DNA of 59,085 nucleotides, filler included, from Basidiobolus ranarum (Eukaryota): NCBI GenBank assembly GCA_040143965.1. It is 4 parts of 4 records of this genome, joined end to end, with 100 filler letters (N's around TTAATTAATTAA, not from the genome) between each part and the next. Parts side by side here need not be neighbours in the genome. Positions count along the whole stretch, not along the records: positions 1 to 14,742 come from JASJQH010007289.1; positions 14,843 to 29,565 come from JASJQH010007290.1; 2 more parts are not named here. One strand, 5' to 3'. Shown piece by piece: positions 12,385 to 24,462 of this stretch (position 1 is its first letter; each line of letters starts with the position of its first letter). The notes under the pieces were generated by a model. It saw only the letters and a program-made list of their open reading frames with translations, ran no database searches and was not told where the DNA came from. The position numbers and the translations under genes were made by a program.

Positions 12385-14523
12385 ATGAATACATACACAA
12401 CAGACGATTCAGATATCGAAGAGGAAGGTCTTTTGAACATTGACGGTTTTTCCCCTCCGATTGAAAGCGACGTTTCTCCTGCTGCTGATACTAACAATGA
12501 CACTACTCTCGCCGTAAAAGAATACTCGGAAGCTATTATGTCTAGAATCGCTTTAAACGAACATAAAGCAGGGCTATCTGGAGTTGATAAAGATAAAATT
12601 AACAAAATCATTTACGATTCCTCGAAAGTTTGTACTCTTTTAGTATATTCACTTTTTCCATTAGTCTTACATTGTCAAAAACTTCTCAAAGAATTCCAGG
12701 TTTTTTCAAAACGAGGAGCGTAAAGAAGAGAAGACACAAAGTCGAATCAACGAACTTTTAAAACGTTATGAGCAGATAAAGGGACAAGTTGATCAACCAG
12801 AGGTCATTGCCTTGGTGAAAAAACGTGTCGCTGAAATTGAAACTCGACGTGACTTGACTCAAGCGATTGTTCACGTCGATATGGATGGTAAATATAGTTG
12901 CTCCTTCAACGGCATTTTGAGAAGTAAAATTAATGGAAATTTTAAAAAGCTTTTTACGCGGCGGTAGAATTGCGAGGTTATCATCTGTTATACATTTAAA
13001 TCTACGTAGACAATGTCTTATTGTGTGATGAAATCATGTAGATAATCCTCACCTTGTAGGCAAGCCTATAGCCATAGGTGGTGAGCAAATGCTAAGTACA
13101 GCATCCTATGAAGCTAGGTACAACCACATTATAGAAAACTTTTCAGTTCTCTCTTACATAGCTTCTATTAGGAAATATGGAGTTCGCTCTGCTATGCCTG
13201 GATATATCGCGAGGGTACTTGAAATCCGACTACTATGCTATTTTTCAGTATTACTAATCGAATGGTATGTTAGAAATTATGCCCAGAACTCATCATTCTT
13301 CCGTTGCATTTTGATAAATATCGAGCGGTTAGTACCCAGGTACGAGCAATATTTGCGGTAAGTCAATATTTCATGTGTATATGCATGTTTCTGGTAGGTA
13401 TTAATGAGATATATAGGAGTATGATCCAAATTTTTGGTATGCTACTTTTTGTTTTGACCCCTACTTGGGACATTTTTGTTTAATGTGGATTACATGGTAC
13501 AAGTCCTATGAGTTTAGATGAGGCCTATTTGAACATTACCGAATATATGCATCAACACCCTGATCAGACCGCATCACAAATTGTCGAAGATATACGTAAC
13601 AAAATATTCGAGTAAGCGGACATGTACTTTTGATTCTGTTACACGGATACAATTATTAACTAGTAGTGGATGAACACTTTAGGACTACCACGTTGACTGC
13701 ATCGGCCGGGATTGCGCCCAATACAATGCTATCCAAAATCTGCTCCGATATCAATAAACCTAATGGACAATATATGATAGAACATACGGAAGAAGCATGC
13801 CTTGAATTCGTGAAAGATCTTTCGATCCGCAAGGTGGGAGGAATTGGGAAAGTTACTGAGAAAGTTTTGAACGCTCTTGGAGTTCATACCTGCAAAGATA
13901 TTGTATGCAAATAACACTCATATTTTCCAGCCATGCAATAAGCTAAATTCTTAAAAACAGTATGAAAAACAAACAACAATTTTCAAACTTTTCTCACCGA
14001 TTACGTTCGAGTTTCTGCTCCGTGTGTCTTTAGGAATCGGATCAGTGAATGTATCATCGTAAGTTATGGTAACTTGAGTTTTTCTGCAGAGCAATGAAGC
14101 TAAACTTTATCCTAAGAGAGAGCACTCGAAAAAGCATTAGCGTAGAAAGAACATTTCCTGAAATCAATACTCTTCCGAAGCTTCAAAGTAAATTAGATGA
14201 ATTAACTGTTAATCTAGCGCAGGATATGGATGATGAAAATATTGAGGTTCATATTTTTTAATCAATCTCAGCTTACAAGAAAGTAACCATCCAAACCTAT
14301 TTTAGGGGAAGACTGTAACGCTGAAGATCAAAACTGTTAATTTTGAGGTATTGACTCGTGCGAGGACTTTACCAAATTACATACACTCGAAGGAAGATTT
14401 GTATAGAGAAGGCCTCAAGGTAAGCAAAAATGCACCAGCATTGATTAAAATAGTATTTATATATTAATTCGATATTTTATTACACAGATTCTAGATGACT
14501 CAGGAAGAATCTGTTTGACATGA
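12385..14523 (+). CDS. POLK: Y-family translesion DNA polymerase kappa (DinB-like), many introns, 3' end uncertain
   Basis: N-clasp KAGLSGVDKDKINKIIY; IVHVDMD/AFYAAVE; STASYEAR/KYGVRSAMPGYIA; SLDEAYL; SAGIAPN..LSKICSDINKPNGQ; IRKVGGIGKVTE; RKSISVERTF; KTVTLKIKT..F...TR. Confidence 0.9.
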
Positions 14524-14742
14524 TTTCTAGCTACCATATATATCTACAATGTTAGACTTTATTGGTTTCAATAAGAGTTAAGGCTATACTTTCCTGCTAC
14601 AATGCTATATCTGTTTAGGAAACCAAAGCTTTGTTCTACTCTTGCTCTAAAATGGGAAAAAATGTCATTACAAAGCTTTTGCCTCTCTGTGAGTATCCCT
14701 CCTCTGGGCCTCTTGTTAGCAGTGACACATCCTAGCCTTCTG

Positions 14743-14842
14743 NNNNNNNNNNNNNNNNNNNNNNNNNNNNNNNNNNNNNNNNNNNNTTAATTAATTAANN
14801 NNNNNNNNNNNNNNNNNNNNNNNNNNNNNNNNNNNNNNNNNN
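14743..14842. other. Artificial contig spacer (44 N + TTAATTAATTAA + 44 N)
   Basis: The same 100-bp structure occurs three times; the 12-mer places stops in all six frames. Confidence 0.98.
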
Positions 14843-15377
14843 CATAAGATAAGATATATAATTAATCCAATCAGCGCGCGATACTGCTTTTCTTACTATT
14901 AGCTAACTTGGTGAGGTAAGCCATTATCAATGCAAATTTTTGCCCAAGAATTCACCACAAGTCGTAATTTTCATAAAAATCCACTATTTTTAACCAATAA
15001 TATTCGCAACCCTAGCCCAAATCAGGGCTTACTATAATGCATTGAAATCGTAGAATGGCGTGGTGATATTAAGACTTTTGAAGATTACTTCCCCAGTTAG
15101 AAATTTAAAAATTTCTATAACCACACTTACTTAACGCGTTGAGCCTGGTTGAGCTTTAACGATCTTAACTTCATTGACCGCTTGACAAGAGTGGAATCTA
15201 CCAAACGCGAACTTAATTTTTTTTAGCGATAGACTTTTTTAATTTGGTGGACTTTTTCGCTATATTAGAATAGTTTATTCTATAAATATTTCTCATCGTT
15301 CACTACTTTTATACACAACCGAGTGATCTATATCTTATATTACTAAAGGAGACTTCGTTTGGCGATTTGATCCAAGC

Positions 15378-18300
15378 ATGTCGACCTCACAGCCTCCTAA
15401 CATTCCGAACTCGGAGAGTCTTGGAATGCTTGTCGACCCAGCTTATGAACGAACTTTACAAAATCGTGTAAAAGAATTACTTGCTTGGCGACATGATAGG
15501 TAGGTTGTTGAATCTTAGTGTATGATGATTCCGATTTCTCATCGTTTTTATTGGAATTAGTTTTCCTGGTAGTCAAGCAGTATACTTCGAAACCTCCCAC
15601 TTAGAATATCTTAAAAGTGAAGATTACTTTGTGTGTGAACAGAATGGGGGAATTCGTTGCCTTCTATTTAGTACAATTACTCCTAAGGGTCCTGCTACAT
15701 TTGTGGTAAGTACCGGAGGACAGTTTTGCTTGCCATCCCCCTTCTTATTAATTCGTACTTTAACTTCTAGATCGATAGCAAGAATAGCTTCAGATATTTA
15801 TCGGCAGGCTTACCAGTTAGAGATCATCCAACTTTTCAGCATGAGACATTGCTAGATGGGGAGTTATTGGTTGAAAAAACTGGCGAACAAGTATGTCATT
15901 TGAGTTTTTTTTGCCAGAATTGCATGTATATCTAATACTTTTTATGCTTATGTAGAAGCTATATCGATACCTCATATGCGATTTAATAGTTCTCAATAAG
16001 GTTTTGGTAGCACATAAATCTTTCAACAACAGACTTGGAGTAAGTTTAATACGAATACTTTTATTAGTGTGCACATGCTTACTTGTATCGAATAGATGCT
16101 TAATCAAGAAGTAATTCTTCCTTTCAACCGAATGGTGAATACCGATCAAACCAAACGCCCGCCTTTCAGGTATGGATATTATCATCCCTCTAGTGGAATC
16201 TGAGTTAATTCTACACGCAAACGCTGATATTTACTTTGATTAGGTTGGAACTCAAGAAAATGGAACGATCATATGGACTTAAAGTAGTTCTCGAACACAA
16301 AAACAATGGGTTATTGTTTACACCCGTTCGTTCTCCTTATACTTGTGGACTATCCCGAAAACTGTAAGTATATCACTGAAGCGACTCTATCAGCATAACT
16401 TAGAACTAACCGAACCATCTCAAAAGGCTCAAATGGAAAAGTCCCTCATCATATACTGCTGACCTCAAAATTAGAGTTACATATAACATCGATCGAAAAC
16501 CAATTTATTCAGTAATGGCAGCCTGCAATTTGAACCATAAATTCTTGGATCACCTGCAACTTGAACCTAGCCTTTTCACTGAGTACGCTATCTTCTTTTT
16601 TCACTCATGCTTGTATCTGCTTTTTAACAATATTTGTTAGATGGCGACCTTCGCCTCCTGATGGACGTATTGCTGAGTTCAGGTATGGTTTGATCATTGC
16701 AAGTAATTCAAAGTTGAACCTACTTACGAACATCTAATACTATAGGTGGGACTCACAGTGGCCTGTAACTATTTTCGAGAAAGGATACGCACCGAAAAAT
16801 CAAAAAGGTGGATGGAGGTAACATTTATTGATGAATATTTGCTTTAATTTGATTGTTAATTGTATAATTCCCCTCAGATTTGTTCGCTTTCGGGATGACA
16901 AAGATACTGCAAATGAGGAAGAATTTGCCAAATTAGTTAGAGATGGGATGCCCCATGCTGTTAGCAGAGAAGTGGTATGTATAGCAATCTTCAATTTTCA
17001 CTTGAAAGTCTCTAATATGTGTTCATAAGCTTGAGAGTCAAGTGGAGGAAATTCGTAGCAACTGGAAAATCCGTGAGAAAACTGGCGTACCATCTATGCA
17101 ACCACCTAGCGGACAGAGTTCAGGCCCCCACAGTCAACAATCGCTACATGGTTCACATGAACGACGTTCGTCAACAGATACTTCGGGTAACCTTATAAGA
17201 GAATCACCACTACCCTCTCCTCGCTATGATCAAGGATTCAATCAACGAAGAGACTCTCATGACTCATCAAGGAAAGGCTCTCAAGACTCAATTACTCGAA
17301 AGAGTTCCCAAGATGAAGCTGTTAAAAAACATTCACCACCAGCGTTGGATTCTGGTCCTCCAAATAATGGAGCGACATCTAATCTTTCGAAATCTCCCCT
17401 AGAGCACTCCAAATCTGAGGATTCTCCCACCAAGCCCACTTTTCCTCATACTACAGAGAGCTCTCAGATTATTGTTGAATCTAAGAACACAGATTTAAGC
17501 GACACTCATTCGGATCAGCCTACTGTTGATCGTGTTTCTAAGAAAGACGATGTACCTCAGAATATTTCTCCAAAACCAGTACATAAAGTGCCGGCACTTA
17601 CTTTGGAAGATCCCCAAAAAGGTCAAAACCAAGGAGAATCGCACCCAACTGGAGTCGGGTCTACGATTCAAGATATAGATACAAGCTCTATAAAACAACC
17701 GAACAAAGACGATATTACCAAGGACGGTAGTGCTACAAAGGATGTTGAAGCTACAAAACTGACATCGAATTCTGCGCAGGATTGGTCCAACGTAAGTTTA
17801 CTTGGTTCAAATCACAATTTTTTATGTTCTGATTTTAATTCTATATTAAAGAAATCGTCACCTAACGCTGAGATGGCCCAAAGTCTTGATCAAAGAGAAG
17901 AGAGAACACAACATCAAAATCCAGGTAATGGCCCGGCAAATATAAAGCCCCTTAATAGTGAAGAAATAGTATCTGCTCTACATGAGATTCGATCGAATGA
18001 GAAACATGTGGAAAAGATTATAACAGTTGCTCATGATGTTGACCAGAAAGTTCAATCAAACGAAAAGTAAGTCAATAGATCATTTGGTCAAAATAATTCC
18101 AGTACTTATTAGATTTTTTATATTCATCGATATTTTATAGACCGAAACCCCTTCCAGCCACAGTCCATACTGAAGTGACTGAGAATACTTCGTCTGTGTC
18201 AGCAGATCAGCACGATCCAAGTACTATTCCTAAATCTGAAGTTCAGCACGCACCGGTCACGATGGATACAACTGTTTCACAGTCCAAGGGTCTCCCTGAA

Positions 18301-20363
18301 AACTTGGAGAATAATCCAAAGCAAGCTGAACCTATACAGTCAAGCGAGTCCAACGGTAATGAACGTTTGTCGGAATTCGCTGGGAATACTGTCAAGAGGA
18401 AGAGCTTAGGAGTTGGAAACCTTGATGAATCACAAAAGTAAGAATACTAATACTGAAATCAAGTCTGATAAAGTTTACTAATTATGTTGTAAATAGACAT
18501 AAAAAGATACTAGTGGCATCGAGCCCTATCCAAAGAGAACTTCAGCTTAAGCAGCAACAATTACATATGGGTCAACAAAAGCAACAGCCTTTATCAGCGC
18601 CTCTTTATGAGAATCAGATGATGCAGTCACAACAGCAACACTCTTTAAACAGGCCGAATCCGAAGAAAGAATCCGTATCGGATGCAGATAAGAGTTTCAA
18701 CCAAAATCATTCGATTAAAGCACCTCAACTGCCAAGCCAGAGACTAAGGAGTTCTTCTGATGCTTCTATTACTAAGGAATCTCAACCGTATGCGTTTTCT
18801 GGACCCCAGGCTATACTATCACGAGAACAGCCTTTTAAAAATGATGCTAGTATTGCTCCAAGCCACCCTGGACCTGGACAAGTGTCAATGATGCCTCAAG
18901 CTAAAGCTTCATCTCCATACCATGCAGGATTTCACGGTACCTCCCCGGTTCTTTCCAATCGCCCGTTAACCAAACCTCATACTGGATCTGGCTCTCGACA
19001 ACATATGCAAGATAGTATAGATCGTCGCACTTCTAGTGGGCACGATATATCACTTTTAGACAAAATGTATCAAGTAGAGACATTAACAGCTTCTCCAAAA
19101 CTGAATTCTCAAAGCACCTTACATTCCCTATCGAATGTCGACGTCGCTCGTCTTCACAATAGTACAACTTCTGGAGTAAATCCAGCTACATCTAATGAGC
19201 AAGTTCAAAAATTTCCGCATCATACTGCATCGACTCAAAATCATCCTAGCTTTCAACCTAATGCAAATTTGAAATTGAACGATAATCAAGTTCGTAGAGA
19301 CCCTGTATCAAATCCAACTCCTTTCAATCGGAACAATAGTATTGCAGGATACACTCCCCATTCGATGAATAACGCACAAGCTAACCCAAGGCAAACAGCA
19401 ACTGAAACCCCACATATTGCTCAACAACATGGATTCAGCGACCTTAAAGAGCTTCAACGAGGGCCCCCTCGATATGGTACAGGTCATATACCAGAAGCTT
19501 CTATGGTAGATAAGCAACTAGCTCCTCGTCATTCGATCTCTGATATTCAATATCATCCCAATCTTCCTAAGAATCTTACAAATAACGATAACAGAGAAGC
19601 TTTACGTAGATCTATGACATCTCCAGCTGCCACGACATCCCTAAACAACGAAGGTCCTATCGCCACAAACCCACAGCATGGGAGAAAAAGTAGTGATATC
19701 CTTTCAGTTGAGGGGCATGATCGTATCGCTCAGGGAGGATATAGGCCGTCCAAGGATGTCTCAACAGGGCCATCACCATACGCTTCACCAATGGATCCTA
19801 ATCAGAACCCACACGCTATAAGGAACCATCAGCACCGCATGAATCAGATGCCCATGTATCCCCAGGGGCAAGCTCCAAGTCGTTCTCAACTAAATCCACA
19901 GCCTGGATATCCTCAAGAACAACCAATAGGTACCTCATCGCAATATCACCCACCAATCTCTCAAACCGAGTTACCAAGAAGAGCCCCTGTCCATTCGATG
20001 ATGTCCATGCCTACGCAGTACTCTATGTCAGCGTCGAAGTCACCTGGATATAGACATGCAGTTCCACAGTCCTCTGGATCCTCTATGCAGAGCTCACCTC
20101 AAATAGTTCCCACCAGGCAGGAAAATTGGCAGCCTATGAAAGATGTCGGCATTTCACCCGGATATCCGCAACTGCCGCCCCAACCGAGTGCTCAATGGTC
20201 AGGAAACCAAGGTCTATACCATCCATCTACACCGGCGTATAATCCTCCATCGATTCATCCTACTTCTTCGCAACCACGAGGTCAACCACAATCCAAAGGA
20301 AAGCTAGATTTTATCATGAATTCTACGGAAGAGGAGCCTGACTGGAGAAACACTCGATTATAA
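15378..20363 (+). CDS. mRNA capping guanylyltransferase (Ceg1-like) homologue with degenerate active site and long low-complexity C-terminal extension
   Basis: Spliced exons from ATG 15378 give FPGSQAVYF...DYFVCEQNGGIR (motif I), TLLDGELL (III), RYLICDL (IIIa), HKNNGLLFT..PY..G (IV), LKWK (V), DGRIAEF, GGWR/FVRFRDDK (VI). These continue through GT-AG introns into S/P/Q-rich ORFs 17042-18070, 18175-18441 and 18513-20363. Confidence 0.85.
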
Positions 20364-20978
20364 CTCGTCAAGTAGCTAGTATAGCGGATAATGTTATTTT
20401 ATTGTGAAAGGAATTTTGTACTTTTATGTAGCCTTCCTCATATTTTCTCCATCGAACTGTTTTTGTTCATTAATTTCTCTCATTTTTGTTTTATTGTTTA
20501 ATTGCATTGGTCGCAGTTATTATTTTCCGATACACCCCCATGTTAAATAGAATAGTTATGTCTTTTAGTGTGAAATAGCCCAGCATGACTTATCCTCTTA
20601 AGAGTACGCAGTTTTTGTATAAAAGAGCAAAAGGAGAAATTTCTACAGATCCTTGAAGAGGAGAAATAACACAATTCCCTATTCTTTTTGAAGATAATAT
20701 ATACAAACTAAGAGTTTTAGGTAGTAAATGGCTCGTCTACGGATTTCTCAATGCACAAATGCTATAGATGTACTCAGTTTCTTTCATGTAGTAGGAATAA
20801 TTTACATTCACCAGTTTAAAAACCTAGTGAATTTTGCCCACCAGCTACATTGTCGCTTGATTATATCGAATTTCTAGGACGGTTATGGTTTTATTGAATA
20901 ATGTATGTAGCCTAGTTTTACTCGATGAACTAAACGGTGTAATATAATAACAGTGGGGATTCTTGAGTTAATAACAAT

Positions 20979-22873
20979 CTATAACTTATCGTTCTTCTCA
21001 GCCTCGATTAGACGGTTAATTGCATTTACATAAGCTCTTACACTGGCTTGGATGATATCATTGTGTGTACCACATCCGGCAAATTGTTTGGATTTATCCG
21101 CCTTTTCTTTAGCTTCCGGAATTATACGAACGAAGACTTGGCCAAGAGCATCATCACCTGAACCAACACTCTGAATTTCAAAGTGCTCCAAAACAAAGTT
21201 ACGACCAATAAGTCTGTTAATGGCGAAGAAGGCTGCTTGAATTGGACCATGACCTGTGGCAGCATCCACGAGAACTTTCCCCTCGGATTTTTTGTCATCA
21301 TCGTCTTCCCCTTCCGAGTCTCCAGATGGGGAGCTGGTGTCAATTAGAGTAACAGTTGCTGTTGAAAGAACATCACTTCCAGTAGAAATCAAAACATTTT
21401 GAATTTTATAAGTTTCCAAATTATCTTGAATTGCTTGATCACCAGCCAAGGCCAAAATATCATGTTCGGTGATGGTCTTCTTAGCATCGGTAAGTTGCTT
21501 GAATCGAAGGAAGAATTTTTGAAATTCTACATCCGATAGTACGATGCCAAGTTCATCGAGTTTGTTTTTGAGAGCATTACGTCCTGAATGTTTCCCTAGT
21601 ACCAGATTATTGGATGGAACTCCTACCAGTTCAGGTGCAATGATTTCGTATGTGAGCTTATTTTTTAATACACCATCTTGGTGAATCCCAGATTCATGAG
21701 CAAAAGCGTTGACTCCAACGATGGCCTTGTTTGGTTGAACTGGCATACCACTCCTCTGGATAACCACTTGAGAAATACGGTAAATATGGGTGGTGTCGAT
21801 ATCATTATATACAGGATAAACATCAGGATGAGTATACAAAGCCATAATAACTTCTTCAAGAGAAGTATTTCCAGCGCGTTCACCAATACCGTTGATGGTT
21901 AATTCAACCTGACGAACACCATTGGAAATGGCGGCAAGGGTATTGGCAGTAGCCAAACCAAGATCGTTTTGACAATGTGCAGACCAGATAACTTCTTCAG
22001 AACCAGGTGTATTCTCCCTAAGATATTTGAAGAGAGCTCCATACTCTTCTGGAACACAAATACCCACGGTATCAGGAATATTTAGTGTAGTGGCCCCTGC
22101 TTTTATAACATTTTGTAGTACTTCACACTTCAATGGAACTGAATTAGAATCATCTGACTCATGTAAATGCTTGTATAATAACGATCACTTACGAGGAAGG
22201 TTCTATCAGATCTGGCAGCATCTTCTGGAGAAAACTCAATATTATCACAGAGGGTTTTGGCAAATGCTACCGCCTCAACAGCACGACGAATGCATTCAGA
22301 GCGACTAATTTTCAGCTTGTATTCCAGATGAATATCTGAAGTAGCCAAGAAGATGTGAATTCGGTGAAGTGGAGCATCTAATAATACAAGCCTATGTCAG
22401 TATCTGAAATCTTCTATTTGGTGGAAAGTAGAGGGTATATACATTTGACAGCATCATATGTGCGTTGAATATCGCCTTTGGTAGCACGTGACAAACCACA
22501 AATAACCTACAAAGTACAATTAGAGTTTTGCGAGGTAATGGTAAACACTTTCATGGCCTACCATTGGCTTTCCAATTGTCTCACGGCCATCCATCAAAGG
22601 CCCAACTTCTTTGGCGATTCTTCGCACACCTTCAAAGTCACCCTCAGAAGACATGGGAAATCCAGCTTCACAAATGTCAACACCCATTTTTGAGAGAAGC
22701 TTGGCGATCTCCACTTTTTCGTTAGCTGTAAGATTTACACCTGGAGACTGGTGGGTTACAATTAAGTTAGCTGAATAATTCATAATCATGGATACATATG
22801 AATATATTTCGATGCTTACCTGCTCACCGTCGCGAAGAGTGGTGTCAAAGATGTAGAGTTTATCCTTGGTCAT
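20979..22873 (-). CDS. leuA: 2-isopropylmalate synthase, bacterial/plant LeuA-type, with C-terminal regulatory domain
   Basis: [88 protein letters not shown]. Four introns in the 5' part. Confidence 0.95.
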
Positions 22874-23085
22874 TTTGCTTTGTGTAGGGAATATGGGGAA
22901 AAGAGAAGAATAGCTTGGAAAGAATTTGGAATGATAATAGAATGGTCCATGCCGGGGTTAATATATGAAATGGATTGCTCAAATACGTCAAGACACATTC
23001 GGTGGAAGAGGTAACGACATTGCAGGCTTGGACGTACGAATATGACATCCAGGTCTAAAGCACTGTGCGATTGGACGGCGGCACC

Positions 23086-23314
23086 TGAGTCATCCAAACC
23101 AAGATTATCGATAGCTATTGCATACATTTCTTTTGACAAGTTTGTTGAACATCACCAAATAGCCATCACCCCATATACATATTTTCCAATAGTAAATCCC
23201 AAAAAGGCAGCTGCGGGTGAAATCTATCTCACAAGATCATGAAACCTTGTACTACTGAGGCAGTATATTTCGAATTGTGTATTTTCCAAAACAGTCGTTG
23301 TCAACTCTGACTCA
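23086..23314. promoter_or_regulatory. Two Gcn4/Cpc1-type (TGACTCA) elements upstream of the isopropylmalate synthase gene
   Basis: TGAGTCAT at 23086-23093 and TGACTCA at 23308-23314, about 210 and 440 bp upstream of the ATG. Confidence 0.5.
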
Positions 23315-24246
23315 AGTCTGTGTCATTTCTAATCATCGTTATAACCCATCACACTGAAATACAACAAATTGCAGCAAACGCTAAGTATAGAAATGAGTTT
23401 GAAAGATTAATGATTAGCTTCAATAGCATCCCTAGCATCCCATAAAATCATCTAATCCCAAAGGCTGTAAACCAACGGGCTAGTTAAAAGATCTACATTG
23501 AATATACTAATAGAATATTAGTCAGGTATTTCTCAATCTTTGTCATACACATCTCAAATATGTCACCCATGCTTATTCAATTTCTTGGTTATTTTGGATG
23601 TTATTTTTCTTGCTCTCACATATTGTTATTTCATTGGTACGATATCACTTTAAACTCGATCTATCTGGATTGAATCTGTATGAGGTTATTAACGTAACTT
23701 TCGTGACAATTGGAGAAATGGAGAGGATATTGTCCATTGCTCGAAACGGTAGGATAGCATAAATTCGATTCACATGGTTGATGTAGAAGCTCTGGGGAGT
23801 GAATAAAATTGCATGCAGAACCAGAGATATCTGAACACTGATACTTAAATCTGAGGGACTTTTCATCATTATATCATAGCCCATGCTCAATCGAGCATCA
23901 AAATTAATCTAAAACTTCCAATCATCCTAACCCATCACTAATTCTATCTCCGAAGTAGATATGACCAAATCATAGCTCATTGTGCTGAGAATCAAATATC
24001 TTGCAACTGTGGAAATATCAGAATGAAGTACCTCAATATTTATATATTATGTTTATTAAAGTCTGAGTTTATCGCGAATATAATCCAGAAATATGGAGAA
24101 AGGATAGCATTATCAAACTAGCACATACTTTTTCCTTGATATTCTTAGTATCCTAGAATTGTATAATTATAGAAATAACTGTTTAAATTTTCTTCACCTC
24201 TAATGTAAGTATAGTTTCCATCCAATGCAGCTGCTAATGCAAATTT

Positions 24247-24462
24247 TTAAAGTATTTGGGAGCCTGTTGGAAGTGGTTTGGAGAATTAGAGAAATTGGTG
24301 GTTTTCACTTATTGATTTATTGAGTAGAAAGTTGACATTTATAGTTTTGTCAAGAAGTAAAAAAACTAACGTGTAGAATATGTTAAGGAAGATCCCATGA
24401 ACATGTGTACCAAGTTTCAGGCTTCTAACACAAGTTATCAAAATCTATATACATGAGAACTT
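24247..24462 (+). repeat. Interspersed repeat, copy 1 (possible non-autonomous transposon remnant)
   Basis: Aligns by eye, with substitutions and an indel, to the reverse complement of 29666-29871 (shared GGGAGCCTGTTGGAAGTGGTTTGGAGAATTAGA and GGTGGTTTTCACTTATTGATTTATTGAG). Confidence 0.85.

Noticed and set aside
14787-14798. TTAATTAATTAA palindrome as a biological element
   Set aside because: Embedded in N-runs identically three times; assembly linker.
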